52,354 nt of DNA from a virus, in IMG/VR virus record IMGVR_UViG_3300026320_000002, one strand, 5' to 3'. Under the pieces are notes generated by a model that saw only the letters and a list, made by a program, of their open reading frames with translations, was not told where the DNA came from and made no database searches. How positions within the stretch are numbered: position 1 is the stretch's first letter; every line of letters begins with the position of its first letter. Of this stretch, positions 34,595 through 42,172 are shown piece after piece. The translations under genes were made by a program, and so were the position numbers.

Positions 34595-34804
34595 TCGACG
34601 GTGCTGATCTGCCTGCGGGCAGGTCGCAAAGTGGCTCACGTGGCGCGGGAGCTCCAGCTTCTCATCGCCTGGCTCCACGGTGTCGGCAACGACCGGCATG
34701 TTCTTTCCGGCCGCCGTCTTGAACCAGATGATCCGGGCGTTGCAGCTGCGGCAGCGGACGATCCGCCGCTCGTGCGCCTCGGTGGTGTCTTCCTCGAAAC
34801 TCAT
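34589..34804 (-). CDS. Zinc-ribbon small protein
   Basis: 71 aa from ATG 34804 (SD ggagga). RCRSCNARIIWFKTAAGKNMPV...HFATCP. The stop lies inside the PL4 palindrome. Confidence 0.55.
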   Translation of the reverse strand: MSFEEDTTEAHERRIVRCRSCNARIIWFKTAAGKNMPVVADTVEPGDEKLELPRHVSHFATCPQADQHRRR

Positions 34805-35025
34805 CGTTCCTCCAGGTGCGGTATGCCGCGCGGGCGGCCGCACAAAGTGCAATCCCCGTGGCGATCGACCCTGAGCCCATAGCAGTTGTTCGGGGTGTGG
34901 GGAACTGGCCAGCCGTAGGTGTATGAATCCTTCGCGTACGGATCGGTGGCCGCGGCGGTGCAGCCAGGAACAACGCAGTGCCAGGCGATCGGATCCAGAT
35001 CGAACAGGTGCAGGTGCGTCGCCAT
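34801..35025 (-). CDS. Cys-rich small protein
   Basis: 74 aa from ATG 35025. Confidence 0.45.
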   Translation of the reverse strand: MATHLHLFDLDPIAWHCVVPGCTAAATDPYAKDSYTYGWPVPHTPNNCYGLRVDRHGDCTLCGRPRGIPHLEER

Positions 35026-35033
35026 GCTCACGC

Positions 35034-35276
35034 TCACGTGCGCGTCTCCACTTGCTCGACGCTGTGTACCTTCCCGATGATCGCCCCGGCCATGGCCTTG
35101 GACTGCCGTCCCTTGGAGCGCAGCGCCTTCTCCCCGATCTGACGCATGATCGAATCGATGTCGATCACCAGCTCGAGCACGCCGGTCTTTGTGACCTCGC
35201 GCCGTTCGGTCCACTGGCCCGCGCCGGTGCGCGCCGTGACTTGGGAGACAAATAGCTTCTTGCCGTGATTGGTCAC
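35034..35276 (-). CDS. Hypothetical protein
   Basis: 80 aa with a GTGA overlap. Confidence 0.5.
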   Translation of the reverse strand: MTNHGKKLFVSQVTARTGAGQWTERREVTKTGVLELVIDIDSIMRQIGEKALRSKGRQSKAMAGAIIGKVHSVEQVETRT

Positions 35277-35617
35277 GCTTCGATCCTCGCTACGAACTCA
35301 CGCAGATCCTTTGTCAGGGCGGAGAACTCAGTGTGGCCGCGCGACCAGGTGGCCGCCTCCATCTCGATAACCGCGTGCTTGAGCTTCCCGATCAGCTCCT
35401 GGTGCGCATTGCAGGCCTTCACGATGAAGTGTGCGAGCACTGGATTCTGCGCGTGCGCGACGGTCCGGTGGATGTCTGCGAGCAGGACGCCGAGCCGGCG
35501 TGACTGTGGGTGCTCGCGCGCCGCGACTTCGATGATCCGGCACTGCTCGGCCCAATCGGCGGGTTCGCCGGTGAAGGGCTTCTCGGTCTGCCAGGGCGGT
35601 AGTGATATTTCGATCAC
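35273..35617 (-). CDS. Hypothetical protein, member of the NA-x-FIV-x-ACNAH-x-EL paralogue family
   Basis: 114 aa with a GTGA overlap. AQNPVLAHFIVKACNAHQELIGKLK. Confidence 0.55.
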   Translation of the reverse strand: MIEISLPPWQTEKPFTGEPADWAEQCRIIEVAAREHPQSRRLGVLLADIHRTVAHAQNPVLAHFIVKACNAHQELIGKLKHAVIEMEAATWSRGHTEFSALTKDLREFVARIEA

Positions 35618-36141
35618 GGCGCCACCTTGGCGAGCGCGGCATCGATTACAACCTCAGCTGGAATGCCGTCTCCGGATTGTGGGTCTTTGTGGGCGCGTCG
35701 ACAGTACGCTATGCACTCTCGCGCCAACCGCAGCGCCGCCAGCAGATCAGGCGCTGCGTTGCGAACCTTCTCGAGCTGCTCGGCGTCCGCCCGGGCTCTC
35801 GCATCTGCGGCAAGCTGTTCCGTGTAGGCGAGGCGTGCGGCCTCTAGCCTGTCCGATCCCGCGACGCTCCACATGGCGTGAACCAGCGCGAGCGCTGGCT
35901 TCGAGGTCAGCGGCCGCAGACAGCGCGTGTGAAAATAGCCCGGCTCGTGCGGGCCCAGATGCAGCGGCGGATTCTTGTAAAGCTCCGCGGGGATCGCCGT
36001 GGCGCCACTCGACCACCAGAAGTGATACCGGAGGCCTTTGTGCTCGCAGGAGATGGAGTAGCGGTCGCTCGGCCCGTAATACTCGACCTCGACGTTCGAG
36101 ATGTGCTCCCCGTCGATGAAGGTGGCCATGGAAGCGCTCAC
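35614..36141 (-). CDS. Hypothetical protein with a C-terminal NAAPDLLAAL-type motif
   Basis: 175 aa with a GTGA overlap (ATG 36129 is an alternative start). VRNAAPDLLAALRLARECI. Confidence 0.55.
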   Translation of the reverse strand: MSASMATFIDGEHISNVEVEYYGPSDRYSISCEHKGLRYHFWWSSGATAIPAELYKNPPLHLGPHEPGYFHTRCLRPLTSKPALALVHAMWSVAGSDRLEAARLAYTEQLAADARARADAEQLEKVRNAAPDLLAALRLARECIAYCRRAHKDPQSGDGIPAEVVIDAALAKVAP

Positions 36142-36521
36142 GGGCCCATCCAGAGCCGGGCGACCACATCGCGCGGGAACAGGTAGGTCTTACCGTTCGC
36201 ATCCGATCGGGCGAGGATCTTGCCGCTCCGCGCCTTCGCGCCGGAGACCTGGTAGTCACAGGCCCCGTAGTGAAACTTGCCACCGAGTGGCGGGAGCGGC
36301 GGGGTGGAGTGCTGGCGCATCAGCTCGTAGTGGCTGGCCTCCGGCGTGAGGCCTCCGGCGGCGAGCGCCTGGAGTTTGAAGGTCACCGCCCCGTTCGGAT
36401 CGAAGCTGGCGTTGCCAACCTCGATCGATTCCAGGCCCGCGGCCTTCAGATCGAATCCGGCCAGGTGCTCGGTGAGCTGTTCGCGGAGTTTGCGGACCGC
36501 GTCCCGCGTCAATGCACTCAT
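36138..36521 (-). CDS. Hypothetical protein
   Basis: 127 aa with an ATGA overlap. Confidence 0.55.
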   Translation of the reverse strand: MSALTRDAVRKLREQLTEHLAGFDLKAAGLESIEVGNASFDPNGAVTFKLQALAAGGLTPEASHYELMRQHSTPPLPPLGGKFHYGACDYQVSGAKARSGKILARSDANGKTYLFPRDVVARLWMGP

Positions 36522-37366
36522 GCTGTTTCCTCCATCACGCTGTCAACCGCTGGCTTCAGCAGCTGCTCGAGCGCGACCTTCAAGTAACCTTCCGTCACGA
36601 ACTGGGCCATGCTGTTGCTGAGCATGCGCTGCCAGGCGCCCTCGGTCGGGGCCCAGCGGAAGCCGTTGCGCTTCAGCAGATCCCGCACCGCCTCCGGGGG
36701 CTTGCCCGGGAAGATGAGCTGCAGGCGGTTCGCCTGGTGGTTCTTGACCACCTGATAGGGGCCGACGTCGACCGTCTCGCTCTCCTGGTCCATCGTCTTG
36801 GCCAGTGCCTGGAGGTGTTCGATCCGCTGGCGGATCCTCCGGATATTGGCGTTGTTGTTCTGGATCTGGTAGCAGGCGAAGCCGATCCGCCCGGCAAAGT
36901 CGGGCCGGAGTAGCGCTTGGGCCTGCGGGCCTGAGATCCCCAGCGCACCGAGCGCGGTGATCTGCATGATCGGGCCCGCCTTGGCGTGCTTGCGGATCGC
37001 GGCGTTGACCGCCTTCATCCGCACCTGGAGCGCTTCGAGCTTGAGAACCTTTTCGAGGAGCTTGTCCGGGGCGTCCGGATCATCGGAGCTCACCCCACCG
37101 CTCCCGACCGCCGCGGCCTTCGCGGCCAGTTCCTTGGCGCGCTCTGAGGCTTCAAAGGCCTTGGAGAAATTCTGGTGGATCCGCGCCCGATAGCGCCGGT
37201 CTCGGCCTTCGCTATGGTGGCCGACCAGGATCGGCTGGCCGAAGGGGATCACGCTGGCAAGGGCTCGGGCCCGCGCGTGCCGGGCGTTGCCTTCCCGCTC
37301 GTACTTAGAGGCCAGATCCAGCAGCCGCTGGCGCCTGGCTTCCTGCTTCGCTTCGTAGTGGTTCAT
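36518..37366 (-). CDS. DUF3560-like protein, first gene of the third leftward operon
   Basis: 282 aa. FGQPILVGHHSEGRDRRYR and the C-terminal LKRNGFRWAPTEGAWQR match my recollection of DUF3560, which is common in plasmid and phage early regions. Confidence 0.6.
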   Translation of the reverse strand: MNHYEAKQEARRQRLLDLASKYEREGNARHARARALASVIPFGQPILVGHHSEGRDRRYRARIHQNFSKAFEASERAKELAAKAAAVGSGGVSSDDPDAPDKLLEKVLKLEALQVRMKAVNAAIRKHAKAGPIMQITALGALGISGPQAQALLRPDFAGRIGFACYQIQNNNANIRRIRQRIEHLQALAKTMDQESETVDVGPYQVVKNHQANRLQLIFPGKPPEAVRDLLKRNGFRWAPTEGAWQRMLSNSMAQFVTEGYLKVALEQLLKPAVDSVMEETA

Positions 37367-37550
37367 CTGAGTCCTCGGTCTCCATTGTGGGCGCGCTGTT
37401 GCCAGTTGTCAACAAGTGATCTTGACCCCAGCGCTTGTGAATCTCAGCCTCCTCGAGCCGGTGTGCCGGGCACACCTCGAGCCAGCGCTGCCCGTCCTCG
37501 CAGCAACCGCACTTGTGGTGGTGGGTCCAACGTCTGCTTTTCCCGTTCAT
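37305..37550 (-). CDS. Small Cys/His-rich protein whose reading frame runs through the PL3 promoter
   Basis: ATGA overlap upstream. HHHKCGCCEDGQRWLEVCPAH. GC3 drops after ~45 codons and no stop occurs until 37305. Confidence 0.35.
   Translation of the reverse strand: MNGKSRRWTHHHKCGCCEDGQRWLEVCPAHRLEEAEIHKRWGQDHLLTTGNSAPTMETEDSDEPLRSEAGSQAPAAAGSGL
37384..37414 (-). promoter_or_regulatory. Leftward promoter/operator PL3: -35 TTGACA, 17-nt spacer, -10 CACAAT, with the palindrome TGTTGCCA-GT-TGTCAACA (37397-37414)
   Basis: It lies 18 nt upstream of the ATG of 36518..37366 and has the same architecture as the other three sites. Confidence 0.6.
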
Positions 37551-37738
37551 GGCGTTCCCTCCTTTCGTCGGCGTGGCGGCCTGAGCACGCGCACGCTCAC
37601 CTCGAGCGGGTCGTCCATGCCGTTGCTGACCTGCAGGCCAAATCGGAAGTCGGCCGCCCTGAAGTTCGCGCTGTCCCTGCGGGGCACTGTGAAGCGGACC
37701 AGCAGCGTTCCCACCCGCTCGCGCGGATTGCGGCTCAT
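37547..37738 (-). CDS. Hypothetical protein
   Basis: 63 aa with an ATGA overlap. Confidence 0.45.
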   Translation of the reverse strand: MSRNPRERVGTLLVRFTVPRRDSANFRAADFRFGLQVSNGMDDPLEVSVRVLRPPRRRKEGTP

Positions 37739-38001
37739 GCTTTGGCTCCCGGGGAGGCAATGGGACGCAAGGGGACTATCTGGGACGTGCTGGGACTCAC
37801 CGGCGCACGCTGGGCCCGGTGGACCTTGCGCCAGTCGAATCCGTGCTGCTCGGCGTAGGTCCGGATCCTCTGGACCAGCTCGCGCGGAATGACAGTGCTC
37901 ATGCCGTACTTGTTGAAGCGCTCGGGCGCCGCGGCGGCGACCTCGAGGGCCATAGCGGCGAGCACCAGGAGGGGTTCCGGATCGCGCTTCTCGCTGCTCA
38001 C
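37735..38001 (-). CDS. Hypothetical protein
   Basis: 88 aa with a GTGA overlap. Confidence 0.5.
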   Translation of the reverse strand: MSSEKRDPEPLLVLAAMALEVAAAAPERFNKYGMSTVIPRELVQRIRTYAEQHGFDWRKVHRAQRAPVSPSTSQIVPLRPIASPGAKA

Positions 38002-38315
38002 GTGCGCGCCCCGGCGAGGCGCCTCTGTTCCTCGCGCCTCGTGCGTGCGCTCAAGGCGAGTCGATCAATGTACTGCGCGGTCTGCCGATCGAGCCACTCC
38101 GGCCCGAACCCGTTCCGAATCTGTTGAAGCTGTGGGTTGTAGCCAGGCACGCCCTGGCCCGCCCGATACCACGCATCGAGCAGGTCGCGCTTCCAGTGAC
38201 GCCGCGGCCTGAGTGCGCCCTGCGGCCAGATCCAATCATAGAGGGCGAGGATCTGCGCCTCGGTCAGGCGCTGGGTGAGCCGGTCCGCCGCTAGTTTGGT
38301 GCTCATGCTTCTCAT
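37998..38315 (-). CDS. Hypothetical protein
   Basis: 105 aa from ATG 38315 (MRSMSTKL, SD ggagaggag), with an ATGA overlap. Confidence 0.5.
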   Translation of the reverse strand: MRSMSTKLAADRLTQRLTEAQILALYDWIWPQGALRPRRHWKRDLLDAWYRAGQGVPGYNPQLQQIRNGFGPEWLDRQTAQYIDRLALSARTRREEQRRLAGART

Positions 38316-38668
38316 GCTCCTCTCCGCTGTTGCCAGTAGGTCTCGGCCCATTCCTGGACCGCTTCGAGCACTTCCCGGAAGTCATCCCCTGGGCTGGTGC
38401 CGTAGCTGAAGTCACAGATCAGCTCATCCGGGGAGTTGCCCAGGACGATGTACACCACGTGCAGCACGCCATTGGCGTTCTTGAATTTCAGCCGGCAATC
38501 ATCGCCCGCGAAGATCTCCTCGTAGCGCTCCTGCAGATCCTGCGGGACGGGCTCGTACCCATCGCCGTTATTGATCCGCACCAAGGACCAGCCCGCGGCG
38601 GAGAGTGCGCTGACCATGTAGCGGCAGATCTCAAACTCCGCCTGGCGCTCAGGATGGATCTCATTCAC
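38312..38668 (-). CDS. Hypothetical acidic protein
   Basis: 118 aa with a GTGA overlap. Confidence 0.5.
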   Translation of the reverse strand: MNEIHPERQAEFEICRYMVSALSAAGWSLVRINNGDGYEPVPQDLQERYEEIFAGDDCRLKFKNANGVLHVVYIVLGNSPDELICDFSYGTSPGDDFREVLEAVQEWAETYWQQRRGA

Positions 38669-38943
38669 GGGGCACCTTCCTTGTGGATCTCGAGCAGATG
38701 CCGATTGGCCGCCTGCCACTTGTCGAAACCGTTGGGCTTGCGGCCGCGCACGATGAAAGCGGTCATCGACATGTCCGCCCCGGCGTTCTCGTGGCGCGCG
38801 CTGCGCACCGCCAGCTCGACCTCTGCGAGGCTGGTGATCTCCACCACCTTGCGGTAGCCGGGCTTGGTCAGGTCGTACTTGACCTTGATGAACCCGCCGC
38901 CGTACTCACACGGGCGGGCGCTGATTGCGAGTGTTGCGCTCAT
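38665..38943 (-). CDS. Hypothetical protein
   Basis: 92 aa from ATG 38943 with an ATGA overlap. Confidence 0.5.
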   Translation of the reverse strand: MSATLAISARPCEYGGGFIKVKYDLTKPGYRKVVEITSLAEVELAVRSARHENAGADMSMTAFIVRGRKPNGFDKWQAANRHLLEIHKEGAP

Positions 38944-39170
38944 GCGTTCTCCTGGTAATAGCGGGCATCGGCCTGCTGGTCTCGGTAGACCGCAGCGACA
39001 CGTCGCAGGATCTTGAAGGCATCGGTGTAGTTGGAGGCGTCGTTCCAATGCCGCTCCCAGTCGCTCTGTTCCCAGCATTCGACCATGGTGTCGGCGCCGC
39101 GGCTGTAATTCGCCTGGCACCACGCGCGCATCCGCGCGATGCCGACTTCCTGGGTGATCCGTACGCTCAC
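38940..39170 (-). CDS. Hypothetical protein
   Basis: 76 aa with a GTGA overlap. WCQANYSRGADTMVECWEQSDWERHW. Confidence 0.5.
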   Translation of the reverse strand: MSVRITQEVGIARMRAWCQANYSRGADTMVECWEQSDWERHWNDASNYTDAFKILRRVAAVYRDQQADARYYQENA

Positions 39171-39490
39171 AGCTGCACCTTGGCGAGCGCAGCGCGGGCC
39201 TTGCGGATAGTGTGGCGCAGCGCGACCTCCGCGCCAGAGCCCACTCGAGCGTGCGGCAGTTCCTCCTCCGCAATGTCTCGGCAGAACTTTAGTGCCGCCA
39301 CCAGCTCGTCGTGCGCGTTGCAGGCCGTGACGATGAAAGCGGCGTCTGCTGGGTTGCGCACCAGCTGCGCGATACCTTCCCGCCAATCGCCGGCGCGCCC
39401 ATAGGTCTCGCCGCCCTCCTGGTAGGTGTCACCGTCCGGCATGATCACGCCGCCATCGGCGTACCACGGCCCCGGCGTGCGGGCGCTCAC
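39167..39490 (-). CDS. Hypothetical protein, member of the NA-x-FIV-x-ACNAH-x-EL paralogue family
   Basis: 107 aa with a GTGA overlap and SD ggagg. GPWYADGG...NPADAAFIVTACNAHDELVAALK. Confidence 0.55.
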   Translation of the reverse strand: MSARTPGPWYADGGVIMPDGDTYQEGGETYGRAGDWREGIAQLVRNPADAAFIVTACNAHDELVAALKFCRDIAEEELPHARVGSGAEVALRHTIRKARAALAKVQL

Positions 39491-39903
39491 TCTGCCTCCA
39501 GGCCCGCCGGCACTTCCTGCCAGCCTTTCGGGGCTTGTGGAACGATCGGATAGGCGGCGGCGACCCGCGCCCACCTGGGGCTGCTCTCTTGGTTGAACCC
39601 GGCCGTCATCTTCGCGGTCTCGCGAGCGGCCTCAACTTGCGGGATGCTGAACAGGTGGGGGAAGGCGAGCACCACCAGCGCCCACTCGCAATCTTCCTCG
39701 AACGCGCAGGCGTCGGTGTGGTAGCCCTGGTTGATTCGCAGCACCCCAGGCATGGCGCCCAGGCGCTCGCGGGAGATGAGATACCCGCCGTGGCTCGGGG
39801 TCGTCACGGACCAGATCCCGGGGGCGACCTGCTCGGCCCAATCGATCTGGCCCCAGGGGGACGATCGCGGGCGGGGCATGGTCTCAAAGCTCTTGGTCAT
39901 CAT
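39487..39903 (-). CDS. DUF7007-like protein, first gene of the second leftward operon
   Basis: 138 aa. SPWGQIDWAEQVAPGIWSVTTPSHGGYLIS fits my recollection of DUF7007, which occurs in plasmid and phage early regions. Confidence 0.55.
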   Translation of the reverse strand: MMTKSFETMPRPRSSPWGQIDWAEQVAPGIWSVTTPSHGGYLISRERLGAMPGVLRINQGYHTDACAFEEDCEWALVVLAFPHLFSIPQVEAARETAKMTAGFNQESSPRWARVAAAYPIVPQAPKGWQEVPAGLEAE

Positions 39904-39929
39904 GTTGTCCTCCTCGTTTCCAGAGCCTC

Positions 39930-39960
39930 AGTGTGCACGCTCTGTTGACAACTGTCAACA
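39930..39960 (-). promoter_or_regulatory. Leftward promoter/operator PL2: -35 TTGACA, 17-nt spacer, -10 CACACT, with the palindrome TGTTGACA-AC-TGTCAACA (39943-39960)
   Basis: About 55 nt including the leader and SD are similar to the PL1 region (tcctcc...agagcc..ag.gtgc.cgctctgttgaca..tgtcaaca). Confidence 0.65.
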
Positions 39961-40050
39961 CTCAGGCGGCCACGACATTGGCCGCGACCAGCGCCCGGGC
40001 GACTGCCGGGGGGACGGAGTTCCCGCACATCCGAACCTGGCTGGTTTTGG

Positions 40051-40518
40051 TCATGCTGCGTATCTCCGGCCGGCGCCGTTCGGGTTCTTCGGGCGCACCG
40101 GCACCGTTAGTGCCTCATCGACAGTCCAGCCGCCATCAAGTCGTTTCTTGACGGTATCGCGCGGCAATGCGAGCAGCTCACACCACTCCGCGAGCGGACG
40201 CCTGGCGCCGTTGAAGTCCAGCACGCGATTGCTGCGTCGGTTACGGTCGTTGACCTTTCGCAGTACCCAGCGGCAGTTTCCTGGCTCGTAGTGACCGTTG
40301 TTGTCGCGGCGATCCAGTTCATGCGCCAGGCTGGGCTTCGGTCCCATGTCAGCGACGAACGCTGCCACATCGTTCAGCCAGCGGGCACAGACGCGAATGC
40401 CGCGACCACCATAATTGGCGTAGGCGGCGTTGCTGGGCACGGTGCAGCGCAACCGCATCATTTGCCATGCGCGGTACTCGCGCGTGCTGGATAGGCCATG
40501 GATCGGTTTGCCGCTCAT
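40051..40518 (-). CDS. Putative DNA-binding / homing-endonuclease-like protein (YGGRGI motif family)
   Basis: 155 aa from ATG 40518 with an ATGA overlap. YRAWQMMRLRCTVPSNAAYANYGGRGIRVCARW...LDRRDNNGHYEPGNCRWV. Confidence 0.5.
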   Translation of the reverse strand: MSGKPIHGLSSTREYRAWQMMRLRCTVPSNAAYANYGGRGIRVCARWLNDVAAFVADMGPKPSLAHELDRRDNNGHYEPGNCRWVLRKVNDRNRRSNRVLDFNGARRPLAEWCELLALPRDTVKKRLDGGWTVDEALTVPVRPKNPNGAGRRYAA

Positions 40519-41405
40519 GCGAAGCACGCGCAGCCGCCGATGTCGAACATGTCCACCTGGGCGCCGGCCTCGATTCGCTCCCGAAGCTGGCGCATCGTCA
40601 GTGGCTTTCTCACGCCGCCTCCGCTGCGGTCGGTCATCATCGACACGTTCTTGTCGAGGTACGCGCGCAACGCTTCCTCGCGCGCCTCGTGCTCGGCGTA
40701 GCGCGCTGGCATTGTTCGCAGCAGATTGGCGAACTGTCCTTGGCCGGCCTTGCAGCAGAACCCGCCGCAATTATTGTGAGAGAAGCCCATGGCGTACAGC
40801 CGAGGCGGCGCGATGCCCTCGCGCTTGAGCCATGCCAACAGGTCCAGCTTCAGCAGGTAGGGCGCATCACACAGCGGCGCCATGTACACCCACGGTTTGC
40901 GGCGTTCCACCAGGGCGTCGTAGCGGTGCTTCTCTGTCCAGTCGATGCCGACGTAGCAAGCCGTGCGCGCCGGGTCGCAGTGCTCGTTCAGCCAACGGTC
41001 CGCCATCTGGCGTTTCAGGATCTTGCTGCAAGGGTCAATCGAACTGTTCCCAAGGAATCGTTCGTCTTGGTACACCTGCCATGGCGTGCGACCCTCGGCG
41101 ATGCGGCACAATCGCGCGCCGACGTTCGCCGCGGCTTCATCCAGAAATCGGTAGCAGTCCTCATCCTCAATCAGTGTGTCGGTAAACAGCAGCGTCATAC
41201 GATCGGTGCCGTGCCGCTCAGCCACTCGCTTCGCGGCAGCCCACGAGCCGACGCCGCCGCTGAACATGACGACGTGCATGGCGATCGCCTCGGCGTCGTG
41301 ATTGATCGCGTAGTCGATGTGGGCGCCCAGGCCCGCTTCGATGCCGGTAGAGGCCCCGCCGCCGCCGGCGAAGTTGTCGACCACGATCTCCGGTCTGGCG
41401 TTCAC
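40515..41405 (-). CDS. PAPS-reductase-like PP-loop protein fused in frame to a C5-DNA-methyltransferase motif-I N-terminal stub
   Basis: aa 1-42 IVVDNFAGGGGASTGIEAGLGAHIDYAINHDAEAIA carry the FxGxG SAM-binding motif I. From the internal ATG (41279) the sequence reads MHVVMFSGGVGSWAAAKRV (SGGxxS PP-loop). Cys clusters CGGFCCKAG and GGCACF lie at the C-terminus. Confidence 0.65.
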   Translation of the reverse strand: MNARPEIVVDNFAGGGGASTGIEAGLGAHIDYAINHDAEAIAMHVVMFSGGVGSWAAAKRVAERHGTDRMTLLFTDTLIEDEDCYRFLDEAAANVGARLCRIAEGRTPWQVYQDERFLGNSSIDPCSKILKRQMADRWLNEHCDPARTACYVGIDWTEKHRYDALVERRKPWVYMAPLCDAPYLLKLDLLAWLKREGIAPPRLYAMGFSHNNCGGFCCKAGQGQFANLLRTMPARYAEHEAREEALRAYLDKNVSMMTDRSGGGVRKPLTMRQLRERIEAGAQVDMFDIGGCACFA

Positions 41406-41722
41406 GGCTCTACCCGATCGTGAATGGCCACTGCGCCGTAGAACCTATGGCCCAGCAGCTCCTCGCACTTCTGGTTGAAGCGGCTGTCCGAGGTCTCGGC
41501 GAAATTCCCGCCGGCCATCACCCAGGAGTCGCCGCACTCGAGCGGGCGGATCCGCAGGCACCCCGGAACATGCTGTTCGAGGACTGCCGCCGGCGCCTCG
41601 GGCCGCGGGTCAAACGGGCCCTCGACATTGGTCAGGGTAAGTTGATCGAAGCGCGCGCTCGCGCCGCCGTTGCTGCAATCGCCCAGGCGGGGCGAGCGCA
41701 ACACATAGACTGGCATTCCCAT
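41402..41722 (-). CDS. Hypothetical protein coupled to the PAPS-reductase-like gene
   Basis: 106 aa with SD ggaggaacaattATG. Its stop overlaps the GTG of the next gene. Confidence 0.55.
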   Translation of the reverse strand: MGMPVYVLRSPRLGDCSNGGASARFDQLTLTNVEGPFDPRPEAPAAVLEQHVPGCLRIRPLECGDSWVMAGGNFAETSDSRFNQKCEELLGHRFYGAVAIHDRVEP

Positions 41723-41781
41723 AATTGTTCCTCCGTTCCGTTCACCGCGGCGCCCCTCCTCGAGACGCCCGAGTCAGCGGA

Positions 41782-42111
41782 TCAGGCGTAGCCTGTCTGG
41801 CTCTGGGGCTTCCCGTCCCAGGGCGTGGCGTGGGCATAGCTCGCAATCTTCACGCAGGCCCCGTGGTAGGGGCTGGCCTTGACCTTTTTCTTGAAGGGCC
41901 GGCCGATCACATCCTCCGGCACCGCGACCACCGTTCCGGACCAGTGATCCCCGGACACGTACTTCTGGCCGACCTTCACCAGCTGGCAGAACTTGCCCAC
42001 CTCGGCCGGGCCGACCACCTTGTAGAAATCAACGTTCGTTTGATCGTACCCCCAGGAACTGACCAGCACGTCGCCTGCCGCGAGTCCCGTGGGTTTGGCA
42101 TCCTGATTCAT
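41782..42111 (-). CDS. Hypothetical protein, first leftward early gene
   Basis: 109 aa with SD ggaggacgccATG. Confidence 0.6.
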   Translation of the reverse strand: MNQDAKPTGLAAGDVLVSSWGYDQTNVDFYKVVGPAEVGKFCQLVKVGQKYVSGDHWSGTVVAVPEDVIGRPFKKKVKASPYHGACVKIASYAHATPWDGKPQSQTGYA

Positions 42112-42136
42112 GGCGTCCTCCGTTCCTTAGAGCCGT

Positions 42137-42166
42137 AGCATGCGCGCTCTGTTGACACATGTCAAC
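42137..42166 (-). promoter_or_regulatory. Leftward promoter/operator PL1: -35 TTGACA, 17-nt spacer, -10 CATGCT, with the palindrome TGTTGACA-CA-TGTCAACA (42149-42166)
   Basis: It lies in the 97-bp divergent intergenic region and has perfect 8-bp arms. Confidence 0.65.
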
Positions 42167-42172
42167 AACGAC

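Noticed and set aside
36538-36543. A TTGACA hexamer on the minus strand just upstream of ATG 36521.
   Set aside because: It lies inside the 3' end of the DUF3560-like gene. There is no room for a spacer, a -10 and a leader before the ATGA-coupled start.
38327-38340. The operator-like half-site GCTGTTGCCAGTAGG.
   Set aside because: Only one arm is present and there is no -10 at the expected distance. It lies within the coding 3' end of 38312..38668 and the SD region of the ATGA-coupled next gene.
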